DNA from: Eledone cirrhosa
Lineage: Eukaryota
DNA length: 64,000 bases
Direction of reading: 5' to 3'
Assembly: GCA_964016885.1 (NCBI GenBank)
Contig: OZ024743.1
Coordinates: forward strand, 371,380,001 to 371,444,000
A program made the translations under genes and the position numbers. The notes below the pieces were generated by a model. It saw nothing but the letters and a program-made list of their open reading frames with translations, ran no database searches and was not told the origin of the DNA. The first letter of the stretch is position 1; each line of letters starts with the position of its first letter. Of this stretch, positions 36,730 through 47,437 are shown piece after piece.

Positions 36730-37890
36730 GTTCACATTTTAGAACAAATAAAAATATTTTGAAAAGAAAAGCACGAGAGGACTAGGACTATGACACTGCC
36801 ATGCTTTGTATTGTTGGGAATATCAAGAGAGCCTGGAAGTTGACCAGTTGGTAAAACAGATGTTTTCATTCCTGCATGAAGGGAGATTATAACTTTTAGC
36901 AATTTTATCAGGTATCCAAATTCTTTTGAGAACTGTGTCAAAAGCTTTAGATAAATCTCTAAAAAACATATACAGTATGTGATTTTTCTCACAAACTTTC
37001 TCAGCGACCTGACAAACTGAGATAATCATGCCAATGGTACTACAGCCTGATCTAAAAGCTACATTGTGACTCTGGATAGGTGTCACTAATAAAATGCTTG
37101 AATAGCCTTGAATTACTCTTGCCAAGATTTTACCTGCAAAATACAGGAGAGTGGAACCACATCAGTTATTATATACAACTTTTCTTCCCTTGTTTTTAAA
37201 GAGGTGCTTGATGGATGCAGCCTTGTAATTCTGTGGTACATGCCCAACTCTCCAGATGACTTCAAAAAACTTTTGCACCAGTTTTTTACTACCATATATG
37301 AAAATGTCTGGTCATGTCATCCCGACCAGGGGCTTCATTTGATCTCATTTGCTTTATTGCCTCTTGAACTTCCTTTAAAAGATGCAACTACAGGATTTCT
37401 GGCCTTTGAGGAATGGAATCAATTATATAATTACCGACGAGAGAGTTAAGAACAGCCTCAAAATGTTCCATCAGGAAAGAATACAACTCTTATCAGTCAG
37501 AAGAGTCTGACCATCAGAAGACAGAACAGGAGATGAACCATTTTCCAGGGGAACAAACACTTTCGTGAGACCTTCATAGAAAGCTTTTGAGTTTTTCTTG
37601 TTTGCTGCTTCTTTGAATTCAGAAGCATTAGATGACCACCAAGACTCCATTCTCCTGAGGAAAAGTTGCACCTGTTTCTTGCATTCTTTGTATGCTTGCC
37701 TTTTCATGCTGGAATTTTTATCAATGATACAGCTCTTGCGTGAATATTGCATCTTTTTGATAAGCTCCATTGTTACCATCAAACCAATCCTGATGATTCT
37801 GCATAGAGAAACCCAATATTTCAAAGGAAGTATTATAGGTGGTGTTTCTGAGGGATTTCTAAGATGATTTGATATCATCAGTTATCTGCA
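36730..37890 (-). mobile_element. BovB-like RTE LINE fragment
   Basis: LRRMESWW...AANKKNSKAFYEGL..VF....GSSPVLSSDGQTLLTDK; FRDLSKAFDTV. Confidence 0.7.
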
Positions 37891-37897
37891 ATGAATC

Positions 37898-38811
37898 TGC
37901 ATACGAACAGCAATGCTGCATGGCAGTGAGACCTGGGCATTGTGTGCAGAGGATATACGCAGACTAGAGAGGAACGAAGCTTGCATGCTCCGCTGGATGT
38001 GCAATAGTAATATACGTGAACGGCAAAGCATAAACGAACTAAGGAAAAAATTAGAAATAAGAGGGATCAGATGTTGTTTACTCGAGAGAAGGCTACGTTG
38101 GTACGGTCACGTGATGCGCATGAAAGACGACAGCTGTATAACAAAGTGCAGGGCAATAAAGATAGACGGTAGCCACGGAGTAGGCAGACCCAGAAAAACA
38201 TGGGACGAGCTGATAAATTCTGACCTCACACGCTTACACCTCTCCAAGACAATGTCACTGGACCGAGACCTTTGGCGGTACTCAGTAATAGAGAAGACCC
38301 GCCTTACCTAAATACAAAGTAAAAACCTACTACAGTCAGTAGGCATCTCTATCAAAACACCCCCCCGTCCCACCACCTCCACCCCATCCACACCGCCCCT
38401 TTCAATGTACAGTTATGTTGGTCCCACAACATCCAGGCCGAAACAAATGAGATCGTGTAGGTGTCACGACAAAAAACACACAGTCCACGCTGTAATGTGG
38501 CCGTGTAGGCAACACGGTAAAAACCTCCCAGCCCCACACTGTAAATGTGGTTGGTGTTAGGAAGGGCATCCAGCTGTAGAAAACCCGCCAGACAGTCCAC
38601 GCTGTAATGTGGCCGTGTAGGCAACACGGTAAAAACCTCCCAGCCCCACACTGTAAATGTGGTTGGTGTTAGGAAGGGCATCCAACTGTAGAAAACCCGC
38701 CAGACAGTCCTATGCGAGCAAGACAACCACTCTTGCCTCAAGTGGGAAAACCCCCGTCCAAACCCATGCAAGCGTGGAACACGGACGCTAAACCTGATGA
38801 TGATGATGATG
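37898..38811 (+). mobile_element. Young 5'-truncated RTE LINE (subfamily of 47438-51020) in ZMAT2 intron 4
   Basis: Near-identical to 47438-48220 (reverse); TSD ATGAATC (37891-37897, 38812-38818); 112-bp tandem duplication at 38481-38710; (GAT)n tail. Confidence 0.92.
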
Positions 38812-39049
38812 ATGAATCAAGAGAGGTTTCAAGTTGATCACATAACTCTTTCTTAGTATGGTTAGATTTCAATGGCAAAACATTGATGCAGTTTGGGATT
38901 GACAGGGACAGCCACTGGCGTCAGCATTGCGGGTGACATAGCTAACCTCTTTATTGTATGGTGGAGCGTCTAAACCCATGCTAGCATGGAAGATAGACGT
39001 TAAACGATGATGATGATGATGATGGGATAGACTCCTTTATCCATATTCA

Positions 39050-39670
39050 GAACGGAGGAAGGCGATGACACAGGACCGTGATCTCTGGCGCTATGCAATA
39101 TTACAGACCCGCCCTCCCATATGCTCGAGCTGAGGCTCTAGTCGGCAACACCTTTCCCTACCATCTCCCATCCCATACACCTCCCTTGCTGTAATCATCC
39201 AACCCCTATACCTACATCCCTAATTTCCCCAAGCATCTTCCCCCTCCATTCAAGTTCCCAACCCACTCCATAAAGTAATTTCCCTTGGATCCACAACAAA
39301 AGTGCCCTACATGGACACTCTATAAAGTGTCCATGTAGGTGTCTTGACAAAAGCGCCCAGTCTACACTGTAAAGTGGTCGTGTAGGTGTCATAATAAAAA
39401 GCTCCCAGTCCATACTGTAAGGTGGTTGTGTAGGAGTCATGACAAAAAGTGCCTAGCTAACACTGTAAGAGTTGTGTAGGTGTCACAACAAAAACACCCA
39501 GCACACACTGTAAATGTGGTTGGCGTTAGGAAGGGCATCCAGCTGTAGAAACCAAGCCAAAATCAGTTCTGTGTGAGCGAAACCAGTCCTCCAACCTGAT
39601 CTCTCACAAAGGGACAGCCTGTCCTACCCATGCTAGCATGGAAAATGGACATTAAACAATGATGATGATT
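39050..39670 (+). mobile_element. RTE 3' UTR fragment with five ~47-bp repeats and GAT tail
   Basis: GTAGG(T/A)GTC...AAAA..CCCAG..ACACTGTAA units at about 39335, 39382, 39430, 39476; CCATGCTAGCATGGAAAATGGAC...(GAT)n end. Confidence 0.8.
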
Positions 39671-40434
39671 ATACACTTTTGAGCAATGTGGAAGAAAGCT
39701 TTACTACACAAAAGAACATGGTCTGAAAGATAACAAGTGTTGTGGAAGGAACAGGTTATGTTAAAGTCCCTCATCACACTGCTCAGTGATTATGTAATCA
39801 ATCATATGCCAATCCTTTGATCTCGGGTGCATCCAAGGTATTTTGTGGTTCTTTGTCTGTTGGTAGAAAGTGTTGGTGATTGCATGGTCAAAGTATCTGC
39901 AGGGGGGGGGGGGGGGGACATTGTCCATTTGAGTTCATTGACCCCATTTCATGTTGACCAAGAATACCAGGCCTCCCAAGCAACTGACCCATGTCAGTGA
40001 GAAGGAAAACTCACATAATCAAATCCCTATCTATATATTTATATTTGAAATGTGTACATCCCAATGCAAATATCTGTGGAATGTATAGGGTGGGGGTGTG
40101 ATGCTATGAGTGCCTTTTTTCATGACAGCAGCACTACCACATTACAGAGTGTACTGGGTGTGCTTTATTGAGGCACCAGCACTAGAAAACTTGTTGCATG
40201 TTTGTCCAGACTGAAGAGTCCTCCAAACACTATATTGTTTCTAATTAACAAAACTAGAGCAGCTGCTCTAACCTTGTTACTCTCAGTCACTGTGCTTGCA
40301 CTGTTAGACAAGTATTTTGTATTGTCACCAGTCACCTCATTCCTTTCTCATCTTCTTGGGGTTCAGTTTCCTTCACAACTTATCTATACATATATATCAA
40401 CCAATTAAGTATTTCTATTTGTTTTATATAATAG

Positions 40435-40580
40435 ATCAAAGGAATTTAGGAATGTCAATGAGAGTTGAACGGTCATCACTGGATCAGGTGAAAAAGAGAT
40501 TTGAAATGAATAAAAGAAAGCAAGAAGACAAGAGAAAAGAATATGATTTCGAAGAGAGAATGAAAGAATTAAGAGAAGAA
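40435..40580 (+). CDS. ZMAT2: ZMAT2 exon 5
   Basis: HQRNLGMSMRVERSSLDQVKKRFE...YDFEERMKELREE; GAA|GTAAGA donor. Confidence 0.96.
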
Positions 40581-40719
40581 GTAAGAATCTTTCTGAGGAA
40601 GCTTTTCACATTTTACTGAAGATGAAATAACGCTTTATTAATTAATTGAAATACAGTATGTCATTAGAAACATGATAATGAAAGGTATAATATATATTTC
40701 AATTTAACTATTTGTTTAG

Positions 40720-40854
40720 GAAGAAAAGCAAAAAGCATACCGACGAGAACGTAAGAGAGCTGGCAAAAAGAGAGCTGATGAGGACTATGAACCTGGGGAT
40801 CCTGACATGGCAGCAGTAATGGGATTTTCAGGGTTTGGCACAGGGAAAAAGTAA
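40720..40854 (+). CDS. ZMAT2: ZMAT2 exon 6 (terminal)
   Basis: EEKQKAYRRERK...DMAAVMGFSGFGTGKK* with TAA at 40852-40854 and ATTAAA at 40861. The six exons total 594 nt (197 aa). Confidence 0.95.
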   Translation, partial: EEKQKAYRRERKRAGKKRADEDYEPGDPDMAAVMGFSGFGTGKK

Positions 40855-41158
40855 TACTTCATTAAAAAAGAATATTTCTTATAATTTTTATTTTACAAAA
40901 AAAACAATTCATTAACATTCATAAATTTTATTTTAATTAGATTTCCATGCACTTCCCATTGTCAAAATAATGAAGTGGTTGCAAACAAACATGTTGAGTA
41001 AACCTTTGACGAAAGGCATTCATTTGATGACTAACCCACCTTTATACGAGTATACAGGGCTACATAATCTGATGTGTCCTAAAAGTTGGAGACTAGTTTG
41101 TACATAAAGTGCACAAACATCATGTGAAATATATGTGTGTGTATATATGTATATATAT

Positions 41159-41193
<35 letters not shown>

Positions 41194-41396
41194 ATACTCG
41201 GGAGGATCATGTTGCCAATAAAAACACAAGTACCAGTTGAGTTTGACTTTCGTTTTATGGTTAGTTTAGTAACAAGATGGTTATTTAATTGTCATATTCA
41301 ATTGTCAAATCTCTTTCATCACACAGAATGTGACCTCAATGATTCTTCTTGCTCTTTTGTGTCTCCTCTTTATTTTGAATGTGTGTGTATATATAT

Positions 41397-41557
41397 ATAG
41401 AAATGGAAGCTTTCGCCATATTTTTGACTAAAGAAATTTTAGCCTGATAGTGGGGTACATCAATACTCATCTTTTTCCATTTCTTAGAGTGTACTAAACC
41501 CCACTATCAGGCTAAAATTTTGTTAGTCAAAAGTACACCGAAAGCTTCTATTTCTAT
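41397..41557. repeat. Foldback: 60-bp inverted arms with ~40-nt loop
   Basis: 41397-41456 is the near-perfect reverse complement of 41498-41557. Confidence 0.9.
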
Positions 41558-41619
41558 TTTCAAACTCACTCACTGTTTCAAAACAAACTTATATATATAT
41601 ATATATGAAAATAGTCAGG

Positions 41620-41715
41620 ACCCAAACAGCTGAGCTCCGGCCATTTCGACAGCTAGATCCGAACTAAACCAGTAGTATTAGGACGGCAGGGACCTAGCTG
41701 AACTTATCAAGGGGT
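41620..41715 (-). ncRNA. Inverted second copy of the hammerhead ribozyme
   Basis: The reverse complement gives the same UUGAUAA...GAAA core and stems (stem III AUGGC/GCUGU). Confidence 0.62.
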
Positions 41716-41816
41716 ACAGTCCATAAATGGGCATGCAATCAAAACAAAGTAGAAGTATCAAACAATCCTAAAAATTGTTGTTTTTCTTGTCTATCACGGG
41801 GAGTGGTAATTTACCA

Positions 41817-41990
41817 ATGGTGGATTGGCAGTATCGGTAGAGGGTCGGACGCCATGCTTTGACGCACAGAGTTACGGCCCTTGCCACTCTGAGGTTAACT
41901 TTGCCTTTCATCCTTACGGGGTCGATAAAATAAAGTACCAGTAATGCACTGGGTAATTGCTGGCCTTGTCCCAAAAGTAGAAACAATTAT
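41817..41990 (+). mobile_element. SINE with Nin-like central domain, lying at the pLTR/ORF junction
   Basis: GCCTTTCATCCTTACGGGGTCGATAAAATAAAGTACCAG motif; shared with 33323-33487. Confidence 0.65.
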
Positions 41991-41998
41991 CTTCCATA

Positions 41999-43730
41999 AT
42001 GATACACAGTTACCATTCACTAACTAGGAGTAGTTTGACCTCTACTTATAAAAAGTCTAACCCTTCCATGATCCACGACATAAACATGGATGGACAAAAT
42101 ATTACCTCCAGCCTCGGTGTATCTGATCGTACGGAACCTATCGACCCCCAGACTCCTTATTTCACCCTGAAGGACCATAAATCCGATTTTGACCGCAAAC
42201 CATCTATCAGGCTTATAAACCCGATGAAGTCGGATATAGGGAAGATCAGTAAAAAGATTCTGGATCACGTTATACCCAAAGTCAAGCAAAACGCGAGGCT
42301 CAGCCTTTGGAGTAGCACCCAGGAAGTCATTTCCTGGTTTAAGAATATCAAGGATAAACGGAATACCACTTTCATCCAGTTCGACATAGAGAACTACTAC
42401 GCTTCTATTACCCAACCACTCCTTACGGCTGCTTTGGATTACGCCAAAACTATTACACCCATTACAGACCAGGAAATTGAAATCATATTCCACGCTAGGA
42501 AGACCATCTTGCTCTTTGAAAACTCCACTTGGATAAAAAGAGGAGCTGACTCTTCTTTCGACGTCAGTATGAGCTCAACTGACTCGGCTGAGGTGACCGA
42601 CTTTATAGGACTATACATACTCTATAAACTCATCGAAAAGTTTCCTGCGTTCAGCAGTGGTCTGTACCGAGATGACGGGCTTCTTACCTTCACAGGGTAT
42701 AACCCCAGTAGTACGGACCGGGTCCATAAACACCTCATTAAGTTCTTCCAGGATTTAGGTTTTAAAATCACCCTACAGACGTCCCTTACTCGCGTCAATT
42801 TTCTGGATGTCACTTCCAGCCTGGAGAATAATTTGTACTACCCATACAGGAAATCTAATGAGAACCTACACTATATCCACCGCAGTTCTAACCATCCTAA
42901 GAACATTACCAACAACTTAGTAAAAAATATCTCCCTCCACATATCTCGCTTGTCCGCAAATGAGCAGATATTCAACGAACACGCGCCATATTACAACCAG
43001 GCCCTCAAAAGAAACGGCTTCTGGGAGGACATTTCATATTATCCAGGCCCTTCTAGCGGATCCAGCAGGCGACGCCGCCGCTCACGCCACACAACGTGGT
43101 TCAACCCTCCCCACAATGCTGAGGCTGCAACACCAATTGGGAAGATCTTCAGACTTCTCGATAAACACTTCTCACCCCAACACCACTACCACAATATCAT
43201 CAAACTTTCCTACAACACTACACCCAACTTTGCACAAAACATCGCTTCATCTAACAAAATCTCCTCTCTAACAGAAGAAACAACAATGATATTAGTGACT
43301 AGCAAGCTAGGAGGTGTAACTGTTCGGATAGATCATTGTGCCCTCTCAACAACAGATGCCAAGAACGAAACATGGTCTACCAGTGCAATATGAGGACGGA
43401 AAACTCCAACAAGGCCTACATCAGATTAACCGCCTGCGATTTTAAGACACAGTATTACCAAACCAACATACATTTAGAAACCTGGCCCGACGACATGCGA
43501 CAGCACTTTCTGGCTATATTCGGGACCTCCAAGGCAACAATATTACCTACTATCTAAGTTGGAGCATACTTTCCAAGGCAAAATCTTACTTGGGAGGACG
43601 CCATCCGTGCAATTTATGCTCAGAGGAAATGATCCAGATGCTGTTTGCAAAGTACCAACTCTTAAACAAAAAGGATGAACTTGTTACCTCATATAAACAC
43701 AGAATGCCTAGGACATACCTTACCTTCAAA
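41999..43730 (+). pseudogene. Penelope-like RT plus GIY-YIG endonuclease, 5'-truncated and frameshifted
   Basis: 464-aa ORF 41999-43393 with YRDD; endonuclease pieces in ORFs 43336-43557 and 43590-43820. Confidence 0.85.
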
Positions 43731-44474
43731 CCCCCTCACGCCATGGGTGGGTACACCTTGACTGTATCTCTTTCCTATTTACAAACTAAGATAGAGGAAA
43801 CCCCAAGCATACTTAGGTAGAAGTAGAAACATTTTTCTTTTTTCTTCATTAGTTACACACTCTAATTACACTTAGGTGGTTCTTTGCATATCTACACTAT
43901 TATATTCAGTTTCCATTCTTCCTTAGGTTAGCCTGAATATTTTCACTCCTGTTAAATATACATAGTACTGGCCGAACACACAGCCTTGGTTTTTTTTTTT
44001 TTTTTTTAGGGGTGGGGTATCATTATGTAATGATAAATTACTACATTGAGGTGCTGTTCCAGTGCATTAGAGTAACTAATAACTAAATTTTATTAATTAG
44101 GAATTTAATTAGTATTAACTTCTATATGGTTTGCTCTTTAGCCAACTGTTAGACCTGTCATACTCACTTTCACTCTACATCATTCCTTGTTTCTCATATG
44201 CTGATTTTACCCCCATTAGAGATAGCTGTAAAGAATTCTCTTTTAACGCATGACCGGCCAGGCATCTACAGGTTAGAATGTCATCTTACTCCCTCTCCTT
44301 TGTTATACAGGGTAGTTCAGCCCCCCCACCGCTGCTGCTATGAAGGAATTTAACCATGTACATGACATCCCAAAATCATTGACCACTCCCCGTGACAAAC
44401 AAGAAAGACAACAATTTTTAGGATTGTCTGATACTTCTACTTTGTTTTGATTGCATACCCATATATGGACTGTA

Positions 44475-44568
44475 CCCCTTGATAAGTTCAGCTAGGTCCC
44501 TGTCATCCTAATACTACTGGTTTAATTCGGATCTAGCTGTCGAAACGGCCAGAGCTCAGTCGTTGGGG
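44475..44568 (+). ncRNA. Type I hammerhead ribozyme, U3-A8 core variant, long stem II
   Basis: Stem I CCCC/GGGG; core UUGAUAA; G-C closing pair; stem II CAGCUAGGUCC/GGAUCUAGCUG; GAAA; stem III ACGGC/GUCGU; GUU cleavage triplet at 44562-44564. Confidence 0.7.
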
Positions 44569-44671
44569 CCCTGACTCTTTTCCTATTACCCACTCTACTA
44601 CCCTAAGTATCGAGTACTCTGGTGCGTTATGGTCCACCTGGTCCCTTACCACACTTTCTTTGTTATATATG

Positions 44672-45400
44672 TCATCATAATCATCGTCACCATGTTACAT
44701 CCACCTTTTCATGCTTGCATGAGTTGGACAGGTCTCAAGCATAGCATCCCTTCATTCATTGAGTACTTTGTCATCACTGTAAGCCTCAGCAGTTTGAGAT
44801 CAGCTCTCACCACCTCTGCCCAGGTCTTCTTTGGTGTTCCTCTATTGCCATTGCCTTTCATTGCGATTTCTTGGCACATCTTTACCCAACAATCATCATT
44901 TAAACACATCACATGTCCATACCAGTGAAAACTTCTCTCTTGTCTATATCTAATTCATCTTATACACAGTTTTTCTCTCAGCTCATCAGTGCTTCACCAT
45001 TCCTGCATATCAACATTGCACATCCATTGGTACATGATCCCTCCATTTCTCTCTAGCTTTTGCATATTCTCTGCATTCACTGTCCATGTTTCACTACCAT
45101 GCAACATCACACATTGCATACAGGCATCATAATAGCTGGCTTTTTTTCATAGAGATAAACCTTTTGTCAACAGTAGATAGTAGTTCCCTCAATTTTTTCC
45201 ATCCTGTTATTACTCTAACTACTATGCTTTTGGTTCAACATTATCCCCAACTAATTTGATCATCTATGTAGCAGAAGCTATTAACCACTTCTATGGAGCT
45301 TTCCTTGGATTAGAAAAAGTTTATTTAGCTGATGTTCTTACTACCAACTATCTCTGTACATCTGCCACTTACAAATTCTAGATTTTTTGTTAGCCTGCTT
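44672..45400 (-). mobile_element. Degenerate RTE LINE 3' fragment
   Basis: ORF 44709-44912 GNRGTPKKTWAEVVRADLK; the upstream HGSETW region is recognisable. Confidence 0.8.
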
Positions 45401-45525
45401 GCTATATATATATATATATATATATTATGAACCACACTATATTAGTGCTAATACTAATTAATTTTAGCTGGTCAAGTTTGCTCAATATGTAAATGAGCAT
45501 CGCCAGCTAATGTTTCATATGCAAA

Positions 45526-45566
<41 letters not shown>

Positions 45567-46336
45567 AGCTTATTCTTGTCTCAGAATTGAGTGATTAAAT
45601 GCCACTTATGACAGATGAAAATCCAGAAACATGTCTGATGTTCTCACATGGTTACCTAGAAAGATGATCACAACTTAATACATATATAGTAAGACTTGTA
45701 TGTTTATCATACATGAACATTTCATATATGCCTTCATGTACACTCCTATTATGAACCACACCATGTTAGTGCTACTACTAATTAATCATAGCTGGTCAAG
45801 TTTGCACTATATGTATTTCAATGTGAAGAAAATGTGTTTTTCAACTGGATGAGGTGAGAAGGTATCAGTATGTCAGTTCAACAGTTTATATCATGGCTTT
45901 AAAATTAGTACAATGGAGAGGTAATCATTTTTGTTGTAAGAAAAAAGAGCAGTATATAACTATCTCACCTAGTCGAATGGTGTAGACCTCCATCTGTTTC
46001 AATGATAAATGTTCCAGTTGTTCAATCAACAGTATAACCTGCTCATGAAATTAACATACAAGTGACTAAGCATTTCATAGACATATGTTTCTGAATCTCT
46101 TGGGGAGATTCAGTATGAGACAGTGGGTGACAAGGCTGGATCTTTGAATTATTGGTACAGTATATCTGAGGAGCTTCAAAACTAACCAGTTTCCTTGACA
46201 TGGTTTGGGTCATCCTGAGAATATATTAAACTAGCTGGCCCATCCGGCTACCATTGGCATGTTCTACGGCATCCAGATATATATATATAGCTGACGTACC
46301 TAGCTTCGCTTGGATAAACAGATGATAAGCCGTCTG

Positions 46337-47368
46337 TGTAGTATAGTTTTACTATTAGAAATATATAGTATAGTATTACTGTTGAAAATATATAGTACAG
46401 TACAGTATTACTGTTGGAAACATAGTACAGTATTACTGTTGAAAATATATAGTACAGTATTACTGTTGGAAACATATAGTATAGTATTACTGTTGAAAAT
46501 ATATAGTACAGTATTACTGTTGAAAATATATAGTACAGTATTACTGTTGAAAATATATAGTACAGTATTACTGTTGAAAATATATAGTACAGTATTACTG
46601 TTGAAAATATATAGTACAGTATTACTGTTGAAAATATATAGTACAGTACAGTATTACTGTTGGAAACATATAGTATAGTATTACTGTTGAAAATATATAG
46701 TACAGTATTACTGTTGAAAATATATAGTACAGTATTACTGTTGAAAATATATAGTACAGTACAGTATTACTGTTGAAAATATATAGTGCAGTATTACTGT
46801 TGGAAACATAGTACAGTATTACTGTTGAAAATATATAGTACAGTACAGTATTACTGTTGGAAACATATAGTGCAGTATTACTGTTGGAAACATAGTACAG
46901 TATTACTGTTGAAAATATATAGTACAGTATTACTGTTGAAAATATATAGTATAGTATTACTGTTGAAAATAGATAGTATAGTATTACTGTTGAAAATATA
47001 TAGTACAGTATTACTGTTGAAAATATATAGTATAATATTACTGTTGAAAACATATAGTATAGTATTACTGTTGAAAATAGATAGTATAGTATTACTGTTG
47101 AAAATATATAGTATAGTACAGTATTACTGTTGAAAATATATAGTATAGTATTAATGTTGAAAATATATAGTATAGTATTAATGTTGAAAATATATAGTAT
47201 AGTATTAATGTTGAAAATATATAGTATAGTACAGTATTACTGTTGAAAATATATAGTATAGTATTAATGTTGAAAATATATAGTATAGTATTACTGTTGA
47301 AAATATATAGTATAGTATAGTATTACTGCTGAAAATATAGTGTAGTACAGTATTACTGTTGAAAATAT
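46337..47368. repeat. Minisatellite, 27-bp unit ATATATAGTACAGTATTACTGTTGAAA (~37 copies)
   Basis: Direct tandem array with AGTAC-insertion and GGAAAC variants; each unit contains the palindrome ACAGTA-T-TACTGT. Confidence 0.95.
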
Positions 47369-47437
47369 GTACACACATGCAAGCGTGGAACATGGACGTT
47401 AAACAATGATGATGATGATGATAATTATATATATATA

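Larger units (their letters stand above)
41607..44582 (+). mobile_element. Penelope-like retroelement (Naiad-like) with inverted pseudo-LTRs
   Basis: RT with RLINP.KSDIGKISK, FDIENYY, GLYRDDGL, VNFLDV; frameshifted GIY-YIG with CNC..CPL..C and CNLC..E; ~200-bp inverted repeats at 41610-41808 and 44383-44580. Confidence 0.88.

Noticed and set aside
40317-40619. 100-aa standalone ORF
   Set aside because: Only 40435-40580 is coding (ZMAT2 exon 5); the flanks are intron.
43300-43730. Selenocysteine (UGA) recoding as reported for some Naiad Penelope elements
   Set aside because: The visible conserved Cys positions are TGT/TGC, the breaks are frameshifts, and I could not identify a SECIS by eye.
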